A stretch of DNA of 63,515 bases, counting the filler, from Octopus bimaculoides (lineage: Eukaryota), in assembly GCF_001194135.2 (NCBI RefSeq). It is 4 parts of 4 records of this genome, joined end to end, with 100 filler letters (N's around TTAATTAATTAA, not from the genome) between each part and the next. Parts side by side here need not be neighbours in the genome. Positions count along the whole stretch, not along the records: positions 25,569 to 50,347 come from NC_068984.1; positions 50,448 to 55,889 come from NC_069010.1; 2 more parts are not named here. One strand, written 5' to 3'. Each line of letters begins with the position of its first letter. Within the stretch, counting starts at the first letter, position 1. This document shows, one piece after another, positions 40,847 to 54,640 of this stretch. The notes below the pieces were generated by a model. It had not been told where the DNA came from, searched no databases, and saw nothing but the letters and a program-made list of their open reading frames with translations. Both the position numbers and the translations under genes were made by a program.

Positions 40847-42647
40847 CGTGTATGTGTGTAACTTTGTGTCTGCTTAATTTTAGTAAATGCATTATGAACA
40901 TATTCATGTGTGGGATGCGGTTTAATGTTTAATTATCCACCATCATGATATGAATGGGTTTTATATTTATAATTGTGTATGCATTTTTCTTTGTGTGTGT
41001 GCGTGGTGTGTTCGTGTACATTTTAGATTTCACTATAGATGTAATACATCTATATTCCCATTATTCTTGTAAAATCAAATTAATCTACATGCATTAATGA
41101 TTATTTTGAAATTAGTTCCTAGAGCTTGACACTTAAACTATGCTGTTTTGACACAACCTATAAATCCTCTGTCTTGCCATCGTCTCGTCCCATTCTGTTC
41201 CTTCTAATAGTTGTCATAATCATTTTAACATCCATTTCCCCTTACTGATATGGATTGTATAGGTCTGCTATACAGCGCATCACCACTTGTTTGGATGCTT
41301 TGTCATCTCGTCTACGATATCCTTACAACTAGTAAGATACATTTACTATTTCTCTTCTTGTTTACCCCGGTCTGTGTCTAATAGCACTTTTCATTATCGA
41401 CAAATAACAATTGTTCAGCCACAATTCATCAATCATTTGAACAACATGTTCATAGTAGCTAATACTTTTGATACTGTGTTTTGTGTTTGACTTAGTTCAT
41501 TTGTGCATCATCCTTCGTCAATGTTCACTTTTGAGATTCAATGGCTCACGCTTGCTTCATTAGTTTCCAGTCTTCACAAATCTTCCATGTTTAGCAATCC
41601 AAATAAATGTGTGATAAATTGTACTTGTTTCCACGAAGAAAGAGAGGGAAAGAAGGGAACGTGCTCATGTGCATGACACTCTGTAATGAACAAAGTTAAC
41701 AGCTCACTAAACTTCTTTCATACTTTTCTTACTCTAGTAATTGCGTGTTTACTACAGCTAACTCGTAAGTAGCTCAGCTAAGTAATAGGTGAAATACCTG
41801 AGTAGTTTACTGTATTTATTTCGTGGTTCCCCATACCAGTAACTATTCCTGTATATCTAGAACATTTAAAGTATTACGTCAGTGTTACTTTATCAGAGAT
41901 CAAAAATATATTTTAAATTAAATGGTCTGTGAGATGATAAGATCCATGGAATTAAACGTTGATAAATGTAAAATCTTAACAAATGACCACTGTAGAGTGT
42001 ATGTGAAATCTGCCATTAACGACCGACTGAGACAAGATGCGTTGTGTTTGTGTGTGTGTGTGTGTGTGTTTGTGTAACTCAGGTGTCCAATGCAATGGCC
42101 AAAGTAAGATTTGAACGTGTTTTGTGGTGATCAGTCCGCTATTTCATATCTATTGTTACAATTATTGCAGTGTACTTACTAAATATAGAATACAACCAAT
42201 GTCACAAAGACTGAAGTTATGAGCTATAGACATCTAACTCTGAACGTTAGACCTTTGCTGAAACACATAAATCATTCAGTTAAGCTGGTAGAGCTGTACT
42301 TCCCTTTATAAAATTACTGAAATACAAACTTTGACTGTAAAAACTTCTATCCTAATTTTTATTCTGGACATTACAGCAGGTCAAATAGCAAGGGATATCG
42401 TTGTAGCTAGTTGTTCTAATAAATTCTGTTTCCTCTTCACTTAACTTATCAAATTCTATAAATTTCCTGCACATCGCAAGGGGATTATTTTGCTGATACT
42501 ACACAATGGTTATTTGAGTTTCTCTTATTCCTCTGACGTTTCATATGAGCTTTGGAGTTTTGATTCAAACTCACAAAATTCCGTTGCAAAGAACAAATTT
42601 TAATTCTCATTTGAGATACACACACACAGACACAGACACAGACACAG

Positions 42648-42683
<36 letters not shown>

Positions 42684-42750
42684 GCACGCACGCACGCACG
42701 CACAAACACATATACATGTGCCCAGCACGCACATAGATCTACATATACAC

Positions 42751-42797
<47 letters not shown>

Positions 42798-42884
42798 ATT
42801 GTTAAAGACGACAACAAACGTTAAAGCAAGACAAACATCTCAAGTCATATACATTATTATAATTGGAAAAAATTCTAAGTCTTA

Positions 42885-43710
42885 CAGTTGTTTCTGGGAA
42901 ATCCCAGAGTCGACATAGAGGACAGGAGTAAAGGAACAAGGAGATGAAGAAAGAGAAGAAAAAAGAAGCATAAAGATTTACAGTTCAAATTTCCGATCTT
43001 GTAGAAAAATAAACAAAATAGAGCCAAATGAAAGGATCTTGTAGAAGTAAGCCCTTAAGTCCTCAGGTGCAATCCTGCGTAAATCCATGTGTGTTAAAGT
43101 CCTGATATTGTAAACATCTAGAAAAAAGACGCGAACATATCTTTATTGAACGTGCACTAAAATGCCTTTGAAACGACGTCTGACAGTTACAGAGAAAACG
43201 CAGATTGTTATAGGTCTCGCAGAATTAACTCAAGAGCCTTGTTGGGATAGAAGAACATTGAAGGCATATATGGAAAACCCCATCATCAAACCAAGTCCAG
43301 ATAAAGGTACGAGAAGAAGTGTATTCTAGCGTGACATCCGAAAACTAGGTAAACAAGTAAGAAAAGACCTCGATAGCACAAGTGCTGCCATATTTGAAAG
43401 TGCTGGGGTTGCTCTTTTATTCAGAAGAACACAGTGTAGGATTCTTAAAGAGACGGCCAGAAGTGTTAAGTGCATCGCTAGACCCATCCTAAGCGCTAAC
43501 CACAAAGAGAAGCGTATTGATTGGGTACGAAAATACATGATGATCAATTTCCAAGATGTCCTCTTCACGGATGAGACCAGAGTTACTCTGGATAACCCCG
43601 ACGGATGGGCCAAAGTTTGGGTACCTTTTGAAGCCTCTCTCCCGTATCGAATTCGGCGTCAACAAGAAGGTGGTGGTGTCATGTTTTGGGTGGGAATCAT
43701 AACCTATTAA
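42885..43710 (+). mobile_element. 3'-truncated Tc1-like transposon
   Basis: TA|CAGTTG left end. ORF 43162-43710 has one in-frame stop: ...KRIDWVRKYMMINFQDVLFTDETRVTLDNPDGW...RRQQEGGGVMFWVGI. Confidence 0.9.
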
Positions 43711-43907
43711 AACACTGTGTGATTAAGAAGCTTGTCTTACATGGTTTTCAGTTTAGTTTCACTGTACAACTACTTGGACAAATATCTATTATTATAGTCC
43801 CGGATCGACTAATGCCTTGTGAGTGAATTTGATTGACGGAAACCGTGTGGAAGCCTGTCATACTTTCGGAGAGTACGAATTTATTATTCTTTAGCAAGAA
43901 CAGTATT

Positions 43908-43954
43908 AACAGTGACTTCAAAGTTTCGGCCAGCTAAGTCATCATCGGACTGTT
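43908..43954 (-). ncRNA. minimal type I hammerhead ribozyme motif (Penelope-type), CCGAUGA core
   Basis: AACAGT-CCGATGA-T-GAC-ttagctg-GCC-GAA-ACTT-tg-AAGT-C-ACTGTT. Stem I is 6 bp, the cleavage triplet is GUC, and stem II has one mismatch. Confidence 0.7.
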
Positions 43955-44142
43955 CAATGATGGCTTAGCTTGACACCCTATTGTTTTTATTGATGGGGGT
44001 GATGGTGACGGTGCTGCTGCTGATAATGATGGTGAGGATATTGGTTCTACTACTGCTGCTACTAATACAAAGAATCCGTAATATTAGTAAATTTACATAT
44101 CTGTTAAATTTATAAAACCATAACAGATTAGTTCAGAAATAT

Positions 44143-44527
44143 GTTGTTGGCACTCCGTCGCTTACGACGTCGAGGGTTCCAGTTGATCCGATCAACGGAA
44201 CAGCCTGCTCGTGAAATTAACGTGCAAATGGCTGAGCACTCCACAGACACGTGTACCCTTAACGTAGTTCTCGGGGACATTCAGCGTGACACAGTGTGAC
44301 AAGGCTGACCCTTTGAATTACAAGCACAACAGAAACGGGAAGTAAGAGTGAGAGAAAATTGTGGTGAAAGAGTACAGCAGGGTTCGCCACCATCCCTTGC
44401 CGGAGCCTCGTGGAGTTTTAGGTGCTTTCGCTCAATAAACACTCACAACGCCTGGTCTGGGAATCGAAACCGCGATCCTATGACCGCGAGTCCGCTGCCC
44501 TAACCACTGGACCATTGCGCCTCCACG
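44143..44527 (-). mobile_element. young tRNA(Arg)-like-headed SINE with 12-bp TSD
   Basis: A/B-box head with a CTCGCGG loop and a (CAA)n tail; flanked by GTTCAGAAATAT at 44131-44142 and 44528-44539. Near-identical copy at 57737-58121. Confidence 0.93.
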
Positions 44528-45355
44528 GTTCAGAAATATTGAAAGAAGGAAAAACCTCTTTTACTTCATTCGTTCCTTGTTTTATCTAGTCCTACCATAA
44601 GACAGAAAAGGCAAATCTTTAGATGTGCTTGAAGTAACATGCTGAGTGTTCTGACAGTAACATCTGCTTAATGTGTAAGCTGTAGAGTTATGGTTTTAGG
44701 ATTAAGGGTTCAGGTTTAGTGTTTAGGGTTTAGGATTAGGATTAAGGGGTCGGATTAGGCTTGGAGTAAGTGTTATAAGTACGGTTATAGCGCAGATGCG
44801 AAAATTCTGACCGCTTGCAAATAGAGTTTGGGTGCATACCAAGATTTCAATGGCGTTCACTTGTTTTCTTTCTTTGATTTCAGAACTTTTTTAACATTTT
44901 TTTTCGATACGAAGGCTTCCGCTTGGCTAAAATTTTGAAACTTAATAATTTCTAACTTTTTTATTATAAATTTCTGCGGAAAANNNNNNNNNNNNNNNNN
45001 NNNNNNNNNNNNNNNNNNNNNNNNNNNNNNNNNNNNNNNNNNNNNNNNNNNNNNNNNNNNNNNNNNNNNNNNNNNNNNNNNNNNNNNNNNNNNNNNNNNN
45101 NNNNNNNNNNNNNNNNNNNNNNNNNNNNNNNNNNNNNNNNNNNNNNNNNNNNNNNNNNNNNNNNNNNNNNNNNNNNNNNNNNNNNNNNNNNNNNNNNNNN
45201 NNNNNNNNNNNNNNNNNNNNNNNNNNNNNNNNNNNNNNNNNNNNNNNNNNNNNNNNNNNNNNNNNNNNNNNNNNNNNNNNNNNNNNNNNNNNNNNNNNNN
45301 NNNNNNNNNNNNNNNNNNNNNNNNNNNNNNNNNNNNNNNNNNNNNNNNNNNNNNN

Positions 45356-45473
45356 NATTTAGGCAGTGTGTTACATATCCCAAGGCTCCAATAATTACAG
45401 GTATAAACCTGAACTTGTAATCTGGATAAAGTAACCGTAGATTTCGCAATAGCATACGTGTTCTATTTTTCAC
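45356..45473 (-). mobile_element. C-terminal endonuclease fragment of an R4/Dong-like LINE
   Basis: LLRNLRLLYPDYKFRFIPVIIGALGYV matches the IP.IIGALG motif; it runs into a gap. Confidence 0.75.
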
Positions 45474-45679
45474 TGATCTTCAGCTTTATGTTAACATCCG
45501 CTGGACAGCTAATTTCCACAACTGTGCACGGTTTCTCTTCTCTATTCCAAATCATTATATCAGGTATGTTGTATTTACATTTTATTGAGGTCTTTACTGG
45601 TGCATTCTACTGTATGTATGTATGTATGTATGTATGTATGTATATATGCATGTATGTATGCATGCATGTATGTATGAAG

Positions 45680-45985
45680 TGAAGACGTGTGACTTAAGGG
45701 ATAGGATATTCAGCTCGCGATCGTAAGGTCCTGAGTTCGGTTCCCGGCAGCGCGTTGTTTCCTTGAGCAAAGCATTTTACCTCGCGTTGCTCCAAACGTG
45801 AGTAGTACCCGTATTTCAAAGGCCAGTCTTGTCACATTCTGTGTCATGCTGGATCTCCCTGGAACACAGTTGAAAGTATGCATATCTGTGAAACGCTCAG
45901 CTACTTGCACGTTAATTTTACGAACAGGGTGTTCCGTTGATCGGATCAACTGAAAGCCCCGTCGTCGTAACCGGTGGAGTGTTAG
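45680..45985 (+). mobile_element. diverged SINE related to 57737-58121
   Basis: Shares cttgtcacattctgtgtca...tacttgcacgttaatttt...ccgttgatcggatcaactg. Confidence 0.8.
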
Positions 45986-46549
45986 TTTTGCTTATGATGT
46001 ATTATGCATGTATGCATATATAAATTAGTTATTAGGAATCCTTAAGAATCAAGTGTATACACACTCACACGCAAACACACACACACATGCACAAACACAT
46101 ACATACTTTGATCGTACTTAGAAAATGTGGTACACGTGCGTGTGGTATAGTTAGTATTTATTTTCATTGTTTTCACCCATCGATCCCATAACTCCTTTCT
46201 TCAAAAACTATTATACATTTCTATCTATCTCTTGTCTGAACACTTTTGTCTGTAAAATTGCGGTCCGTTGGGTAGCTTCCACTGCGGAGACACACAACAA
46301 AGTTGGAATACCGTGATGTCTTGAATTTCTCTTATACCGGTGAATCGGTAAATAATGTGTGTTATCAACAGACATCGCCTAAAGGCAGGTAGCATTCTCC
46401 AGAGGCAAGAAACAACATCGATCAGATATTCACGTTTTCATCTGCCAGAACGTATTAAGAATGACTTGATACCAATCCTCCCTTACATTTTACTTTCTAA
46501 ACTATCATACAAGTTGCATACAACTTATTCTGTTTTTCATTCGTTTTTT

Positions 46550-46670
46550 TTCCCTTTTCCTCTCCACATTTTCCCTTTTCCTCTCCACATTTTCCTTTTT
46601 CTTCTCCACATTTTCCTTTTTCCTCTCCACATTTTCCCTTTTCCTCTCCATATTTTCCATTTTCCTCTCC
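46550..46670. repeat. 21-bp minisatellite (TTCCCTTTTCCTCTCCACATT), about 5.8 copies
   Basis: Read directly; it produces the KCGEEKG pseudo-ORF. Confidence 0.92.
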
Positions 46671-48070
46671 TTTATTTAATGCATTTGCTGATTTGTAATT
46701 TCGTAACCTACTTGACAGGACCTGAACATTTTCTCTCTTTTCAAAGACGGTAAAGATTTTGAAATATTTGATTCTTTCACTCCTCACGACATATCAACTC
46801 ACTGAATTCACTTATTTAACACTTTTATGTAACATTTATAACGTTGCTCTACCGTTCAAACCCGCGGAATTGTGCTAGAAACTACTCACGTTTTGTCGTG
46901 GACCTATAGTTTTAAAATTCATTATAACATATTATAGTCAAGCAATTTGTAACTCAGACTCAAAGGTTGAGCCACTAAGAATTCATATTTTGTGTGAGTA
47001 TGAGTGTGTGTATGCGTGCTTGCGCGTGGTGAATTTACATTAAGCCACCCATGGTATTCGAATTCATTTATGTAAGCCAATGAAACATCAGTTTCGTAGT
47101 TTTCTAGTTGCTTATTACAATATAGGGAGTTGATATCTTTGTCATAGATATAACACTGATATTTTGGCCACCTTTGCTAGGAATTGAACCTAAGCATTCA
47201 AATGAACATGACAAACTAGGGCTTACTAGCTATGAAAATGAGTGTCGTAATACGTTAAGGTATATTTTTTAAAATGGTTATTGTATTTCTTTGTGTGCAC
47301 GAGAGATATTTAGTAGAAATTATAGAAGGCTCGATCAAATTAAGAAATCTTAAAGTATCTAGGTTTGTTCAGTTAGGGTTAATAAAACACCAATATTTGT
47401 ATATTTGGAACTGCATAAGAGAATTTTTGTAGTGGAGTTTATAGTTTATTGAATTTACTTCAGAATAATGGACGCGATTTATCACGTGAGTGTGTGAAAG
47501 TAGACATTAGAAATCCATCAGTCGTATCAAGTTTATAATTATAAATGGGATTAGATATAGGTTAGCTGAAATTAGTAAATGTATGACAGCACTCCTAAAT
47601 AAAATTATACTCTAGTTGAAAGTAACTGCAAGAATTCAGCAATCGTAAACGATGCCTGAAGCTTGCTGCTAAGGCAATGCAAATTGTTGAATGCGATTTT
47701 TTTTTCAGATAATATTTGAAGATACTACATATGCTATAGAAAGTAACAACTTTTCAATCAATATTTAATCAATATCTTATTTATCTATCTAGTAAGTGCT
47801 GTGGAGCAGGAGATAAGCTTTTGGCAATCTGAATTTGTTATGTAGTTTTGGTTCTTAGTTAAAAGCTATTTCACTTTCTTTAGATGTTAATTTTCTGGAG
47901 AAAGGCATAAATGTCATTCCAACCGTTTTCCTGCTCTAAAGTAATCCGCTCAGTCTAAAGGAACCAATACGTTGTAGAACAATAAGTTAGCAAGAATTAT
48001 AGAAGGTTCGGCCAAATAAATAAATTTTAATATATATAGTTTTAACCATCTAATTTTGATAAAACACAGA

Positions 48071-48458
48071 TACTCTTTTACTCTTTTACTTGTTTCAGTC
48101 ATTTGACTGAGGCCATGCTGGAGCACCGCCTTTTAGTCGAGCTAATCTACCTCAAGACTTATTCTTTGTAAGCCTAGGACTTACTCTATCGCTCCCTTTT
48201 GCCGAACTGCTAAGTTACGGGGACGTAAACACACAAGCATCGGTTGTCAAGCGATGTTGGGGGCGGGGGGACAAACACAGACACACAAACATATACACAC
48301 ACACGCATACATACATATATATATATATATACATATATACGAAAGGCTTCTTTCAGTTTCCGTCTACCAAATCCACTCACAAGGCTTTGGTCGACCCGAG
48401 GCTATAGTAGAAGACACTTGTCCAAGGAGCTAGTTATCACACAGCCACTCCAACGCCT
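48071..48458 (-). mobile_element. SINE, inverted copy of the 6993-7388 family with an internal deletion
   Basis: Reverse-complement match to head and tail; part of the tRNA-like head is missing. Confidence 0.88.
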
Positions 48459-50261
48459 ATTTGTATATTTCAAACAAGTACTAGGTTCTTTGGTATAGTG
48501 GATGTTTTTGAATATGTCAGACAAGTACTAGGCTCGTTTTTATAGTGGAGGTTATAGTTTATTGGTTTTACCTCAGTGTAAGAATGTAATTGTTCTGCCA
48601 TTGATATATTTCTACATTTGTTTGGTTTTTCAGTGTTTTCTGTCATGAAAGTTTAAGAAAGAATATATTTCTTTAACATTTTCTAACTCCAGTGCCTCCT
48701 CCCAAGAAAATAGCCTGGAGGTCTAGAAGAAGAGAACAATGGTGGAGGTAATGTTGACGCTTTCTCAAGAACATTTGCGAAGTCATTAAAGGGAATTGCC
48801 TTTTTAAAACAACAAGCCTTAGTTACCTCAAAGCCAGCTTCTTACACCTGCAGCTCATACAAACTAAATCTCTACAAAGACTTTAATAATTAAAAATTAA
48901 TGAAGAAAATATTTAATGGTAATTTAGGATGAAAATGATGTGAATTAATATCTGTTAGGTTCCTACTTTTTGCTTTTACTATGAAATCATTAAATGAAAA
49001 TATTTAAATATATAAAATACATTTCTAATGCAGAAGGTTTAAACCATTAAGAATAATTATAATTTCATTAGCACTTCAAATTTTAATTTGCGGCAGGTTA
49101 AAAAAATAATTAAATCCTGGTTGATTAACTTTCTAATGTTCCTTTAAATAATGAACTAACCTCATTTTTGTTTGATTAATTTTCGTAATATTAATACTTG
49201 ACAATTAAATTAAATTTATTGTTGGTTAACCTAGGATTGAATGGCGAATACATGTTTACCTTTTAAAACAAAGTGAAACAAGCTAATAAAAAAGAGCACT
49301 TGTATGAGAGTTGAAATCCTTTCTCTTCGTTGCCCATAGTCAAACGCGTCCTTGATAGAAATTAATTTCTCACACTAACGGCTTTGTATTGAATTTTGAA
49401 ATTGCTTTGAATTCTAACACACGCGCAGTTCCAGATTTTCCTGAGTGTTTTGATTTGACTTCAATTAGATTTGATCGAAAACCTGATACTAAAATTAGTT
49501 CGTGACGGGCAACAATTCTGTCTAAATCATTTTCGAAAAAAAAATCAATTTTTAATTTACATTGTGATTTTTAAAACTGACAGTAAAAATGTCGATATTC
49601 ATAATCACGTCACTATATTCCAACTACCAATATACAAAAAAATAACAGGGTAAAGTTGAGTAGAATAGGCTTCGAGAAAAAGTTCTAATAAGACAGAAAC
49701 GTGGGCTACTTTCACCAGTTATATGATAACATTCCAATTAATCCTTTGGTAGTTAAGTGAAGATGAATTACATTACTGCTAATATACTGGTAGTTTATAC
49801 TAGTAAACAATTCACGAAACACTCATTTTACGGCGTGTGATAAGGTCTTACTGCAAGAAGTAACGTAGTCGCTTGCTATGTAACAAGCATATTATTTAAA
49901 TCCCTTGGGAGTGCCACTCTAGATTGGTAGCCGTATATATATATAATCAAAATAAAAGGATGTCAAATAGTAATGCAGTACGACCGTTTCAAGCGGTTCC
50001 TTTTAATTGGACAATGTAATCTTTACATCAATTTAGATACAGCGCTATCTTCAGCTGCAGGAAATATGGATTTTATTCCCCTGTCCTTAAATATATTTCT
50101 TATTATTTTCTATAAATTCTTATCATTTTGATATCTTATTTTGGTATGTTTGCCTTTTTAATCCCTTATCCCTTTTTATCCCTTTTTAATCCTTTATGTT
50201 TTACTTTTATATTGTAAAATTTTGTATGGCACCATATAATTATACTGTTCTTTATATAAGC

Positions 50262-50297
<36 letters not shown>

Positions 50298-50560
50298 GCT
50301 TATATAAAGAACAGTATAATTATATGGTGCCATACAAAATTTTACAANNNNNNNNNNNNNNNNNNNNNNNNNNNNNNNNNNNNNNNNNNNNTTAATTAAT
50401 TAANNNNNNNNNNNNNNNNNNNNNNNNNNNNNNNNNNNNNNNNNNNNTATATATATATACACAGACACACAGCGAGATGAATCATGGAAGCTATATGCAT
50501 CGAAGATTGTCATAGTAACCATTTACACCATAGATACAGATCAAGTCTTGTGTGTATATA

Positions 50561-50603
<43 letters not shown>

Positions 50604-50883
50604 CTATCATTTTATTATCTCCTGTTCTGTTGTGTTTGTGTGAGGCTGATAGAATTCATTGAGAGATTTTCTGCAGCCTGATGCCTTTCCTGTCACCAAC
50701 CATCGCCTGTTTCCAAGCAAGGTCATATTACCCCATGGCCAGACAAGTTTTCCCGGAAGATTGGAAATGAAGGACACTGCACGTATGTTGGTGACACTCG
50801 TTTACAACTATCAAGTAATGTCAAAACAAGGAGACATAAATGCATGCACACATATTCATATATCTACATGTGTACATGTATGA

Positions 50884-51015
50884 GGAGGTTCTTTCAGTTT
50901 CAATCACTCAAATCCACTCAGAAGGCTTTGGTTGGACTGAGGCTGAAACAGAAGATACTTGCCCAAGATGTCTCACTGTAGGACTGAACCCAGAACTATG
51001 TGGTGAGGAAGTAAA
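50884..51015 (-). mobile_element. SINE head fragment (6993 family)
   Basis: ttctttcagtttc...aaatccactca...ggactgaaccc. Confidence 0.7.
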
Positions 51016-51404
51016 CGGATGGATGGAGGAGTAGATAGATTGATAGATAGATAGATAGAGAGACAGATAGATAGATAGATAGATAAATAAATATAGACAG
51101 ATAGATAGCTAGCTAGCTAGATAGATAGATAGATAGAGACAGACAAATAGATAGATAGATAGATAGATAGGGGAGAGAGAGAGAGTTAGATATAGATAGA
51201 CAGAAAGACAAACAGACAGACATAGATACATGTAGTGTATGAAGAGAGAGAGGGAGAGGACAAGGCAGTCTATATGTACGTGAGAGAAGACAGAGTATGT
51301 GTGTGTGTGTATATATATATGTATTTCCATGTGTGTATACATCTATGTAAATAGATGGGTGTTATAATTTTATGCATGTATACGTAAATATATGTACATA
51401 GGTA

Positions 51405-51442
<38 letters not shown>

Positions 51443-52702
51443 TACAGAAGGCAACAATAATGCCGACACCTCTTTCAGCCCCTTAGGTCACATACCAATT
51501 AACATACCTTTTATATAAGAATAGTCCTTTAAGGAATAATTAGACCATTATAGAAATATGGGTTCTACATGTGTGCTCCCACATACATATCTAGCTGTCT
51601 TTNNNNNNNNNNNNNNNNNNNNNNNNNNNNNNNNNNNNNNNNNNNNNNNNNNNNNNNNNNNNNNNNNNNNNNNNNNNNNNNNNNNNNNNNNNNNNNNNNN
51701 NNNNNNNNNNNNNNNNNNNNNNNNNNNNNNNNNNNNNNNNNNNNNNNNNNNNNNNNNNNNNNNNNNNNNNNNNNNNNNNNNNNNNNNNNNNNNNNNNNNN
51801 NNNNNNNNNNNNNNNNNNNNNNNNNNNNNNNNNNNNNNNNNNNNNNNNNNNNNNNNNNNNNNNNNNNNNNNNNNNNNNNNNNNNNNNNNNNNNNNNNNNN
51901 NNNNNNNNNNNNNNNNNNNNNNNNNNNNNNNNNNNNNNNNNNNNNNNNNNNNNNNNNNNNNNNNNNNNNNNNNNNNNNNNNNNNNNNNNNNNNNNNNNNN
52001 NNNNNNNNNNNNNNNNNNNNNNNNNNNNNNNNNNNNNNNNNNNNNNNNNNNNNNNNNNNNNNNNNNNNNNNNNNNNNNNNNNNNNNNNNNNNNNNNNNNN
52101 NNNNNNNNNNNNNNNNNNNNNNNNNNNNNNNNNTATATACATACACAAGTATTTATACACACACACATGCATATACATACACACACATACATATATACAC
52201 ACATATATATACATACACACACACATATATATATACATATATATACATACATACATATATATATATACATACACACATATATATACATACACACATATAT
52301 ATACATACATACACATATATATATATATATACATACATACACATATATATATATATATACATACATACACATATATATATATATATACATACATACACAC
52401 ATATATATATATACATACATACACACATATATATATATATACATACATACATACATACACGCACATACATCTAGACATATATACACACACGAGGAAGTGC
52501 CCTACATGGTTGGTCTTTAGAGCTGCTAGAAATAGTGATCAAATCTCACTCAAATCACATCCTACTGTTAAAAGCCAATGAGGGAAACCTCTATACGGTA
52601 GCCAGCTGGCTAAGAAAAACATGTGTGTGTACATATGTAATATATATATACACAGAAACATATACAAACATCTTAATCCATCGTTAAACAAGATGTTTAG
52701 CC

Positions 52703-52859
52703 GATGGATGCCAATTTACATCAAAAGATGTCTTATGGGCGACCATGAAAGCTCCAGCAGAGGCAGTCCAACCTGCTACTATTAAAGGAATCGACAGACT
52801 CCATGACTAATAGGGTTTTTGAAGTTATCCATCGAAATGGCACTCATGTGGCTAAATAA
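52703..52859 (+). mobile_element. Tc1-like transposase C-terminal fragment
   Basis: DGCQFTSKDVLWATMKA...DSMTNRVFEVIHRNGTHVAK*, across one frameshift. Confidence 0.65.
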
Positions 52860-53206
52860 TTCATTATGTTATTACGGTTTTCTGTTTAATATATACTCAA
52901 TGTATCGTTACCCTTCATTTTCTGCAAAAAAAAAAATGCCTAGATGGGCTGTTTTCATTCAAAAGCTATTAGCATGGTTTGCCCAAAAGCTGAAATAAAA
53001 GAGGAAGGGCGTTACACAGAATAATGAAAACATAACAATGGTGTTGCCATAGTGTGCAAACCAGCTGGGAAAAGCTATATCAAAATCGATTCGCAGAAAA
53101 CCGAGAAATTCTAAATTTTTCACTCCTGAGCTTTTAGCGTGTATATATACATATAAACATATATATACACACACATATATACATATGTAAACATACATAT
53201 ATACAT

Positions 53207-53362
53207 GATGGCTTCTTTCAGTTTCTGTCCACGAAATCCGCTCACAAGGCTTTGGTCAACCAGAAGCTGTAATAGAAGGCACTTGCCCAAGATGCCATGC
53301 AGTGGGACTGAACCTGGAACCATGTGGTTGGGAAGCAAGCCTCTTACCACACGGCCACGCCT
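53207..53362 (-). mobile_element. SINE head fragment (6993 family)
   Basis: gcttctttcagtttc...cacttgcccaagatgcca...gtgggactgaacctggaaccatgtggttgggaagc. Confidence 0.8.
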
Positions 53363-54409
53363 TATCACCATCATCATTGTCATCACCACTATTCTCTACC
53401 AATCAACAGCATCATCATCATAAACACCACCACTACAACCACCGTCGTCATTTCCAAAGCTGGCCCCACCACGACCAACATCCCCCAACCCGATCTTAGA
53501 CTCCCCCCCTCCACCTTTCCCCTGGTCACCGCTAATGGTTGATCAAACAAAAGGTAGGCCTCGTATAATTACTGACATCACTAAAAACAATTACACTAAT
53601 TGACTCACACACATACACATGCATATAAACATGCAAACACACACACACACAAACCACACACACGTACGCATATACAGATACACACATGCATATACACATA
53701 TACACACATGCATATACAAATACACACACACATGCATATACACATACACACACACACACGCATCCACAACCATAAACACATACTCATACATGCATATGCA
53801 TATACGCACATGCACATGCACAGAAATGCATATACACACATACATGCACCCACACACACATTCATGCACATACGCACACACACACACACATGCCAAGACG
53901 CAAACAGGCGCATGCACATGTACATAAGAAACATATACACACTCATACATACATATATACACATGCATACACACACATGTACACACACATGTACACACAC
54001 ATGCATACACACATGCGTACACATACACATGCATACATATGCACACGCGCACACACAAATGATACTATTACAGTTACCACCACCACCACTACTATCACCA
54101 ATACAGCTATTACTACTACTACTACCACTATCACAAGAACCACTACAATTACTACTACTACTACTACTACTACTACCAGTCACAGTAACCATTAGTACTA
54201 CTAACATTGTGATGACCAGTTGTACTATTACCCCAACAGCAACAACCACCACCACTACCACAACAACTACCTGAACCACCACCACCACCACCACCACTAC
54301 CACTTATACTAATATTACTGCTGTTGTTAATACTACCACCACAGCTACAATAATGACAATACTATAACCACCACTCATACTAGAGCCAGCACCCATACTC
54401 GTCGTTGTC

Positions 54410-54640
54410 ATGTATTGTGTGCGTACAGCGCATTGATGGTACTGCAATGAAAATCTCCCTGATTAAGTGTGAGTTCCCGAACCTGCCTGGCCACTCTTGT
54501 CCAGCCAGCTTTTGATATTGTCCATCCATTGCATTCCTTGCCTGCCTGCCCCTTGGTCAGCTGCCCTCAACTCTTCCTTCCACGATGATGCTTTCCAGAC
54601 AAACTAAAAGACAATTCAACAACTCTCTTTCCTTTCTGGG
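54410..54640 (-). mobile_element. RTE LINE 3' ORF fragment
   Basis: LESIIVEGRVEG..RGRQ / WMDNIKSWLDK, the typical RTE C-terminal motif. Confidence 0.75.

Noticed and set aside
41160-41600. Possible minus-strand RTE LINE 3' remnant
   Set aside because: Only faint W-spaced motifs with many stops; it cannot be supported by eye.
48693-48747. Plus-strand 55-nt exon candidate (PPPKKIAWRSRRREQWW)
   Set aside because: Splice sites are reasonable, but there is no partner exon or recognisable peptide.
50212-50347. Perfect 136-bp palindrome centred on (TA)n
   Set aside because: It ends exactly at an artificial join, and (TA)n is self-complementary, so an assembler fold-back is the likely cause.
51548-52520. 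Long ORFs rich in YI/HT/CV/MY or X (also 5175-6407, 53591-54303, 55370-55945, 61263-62215)
   Set aside because: They are translations of TA/CA/TATG microsatellites and N runs, not genes.
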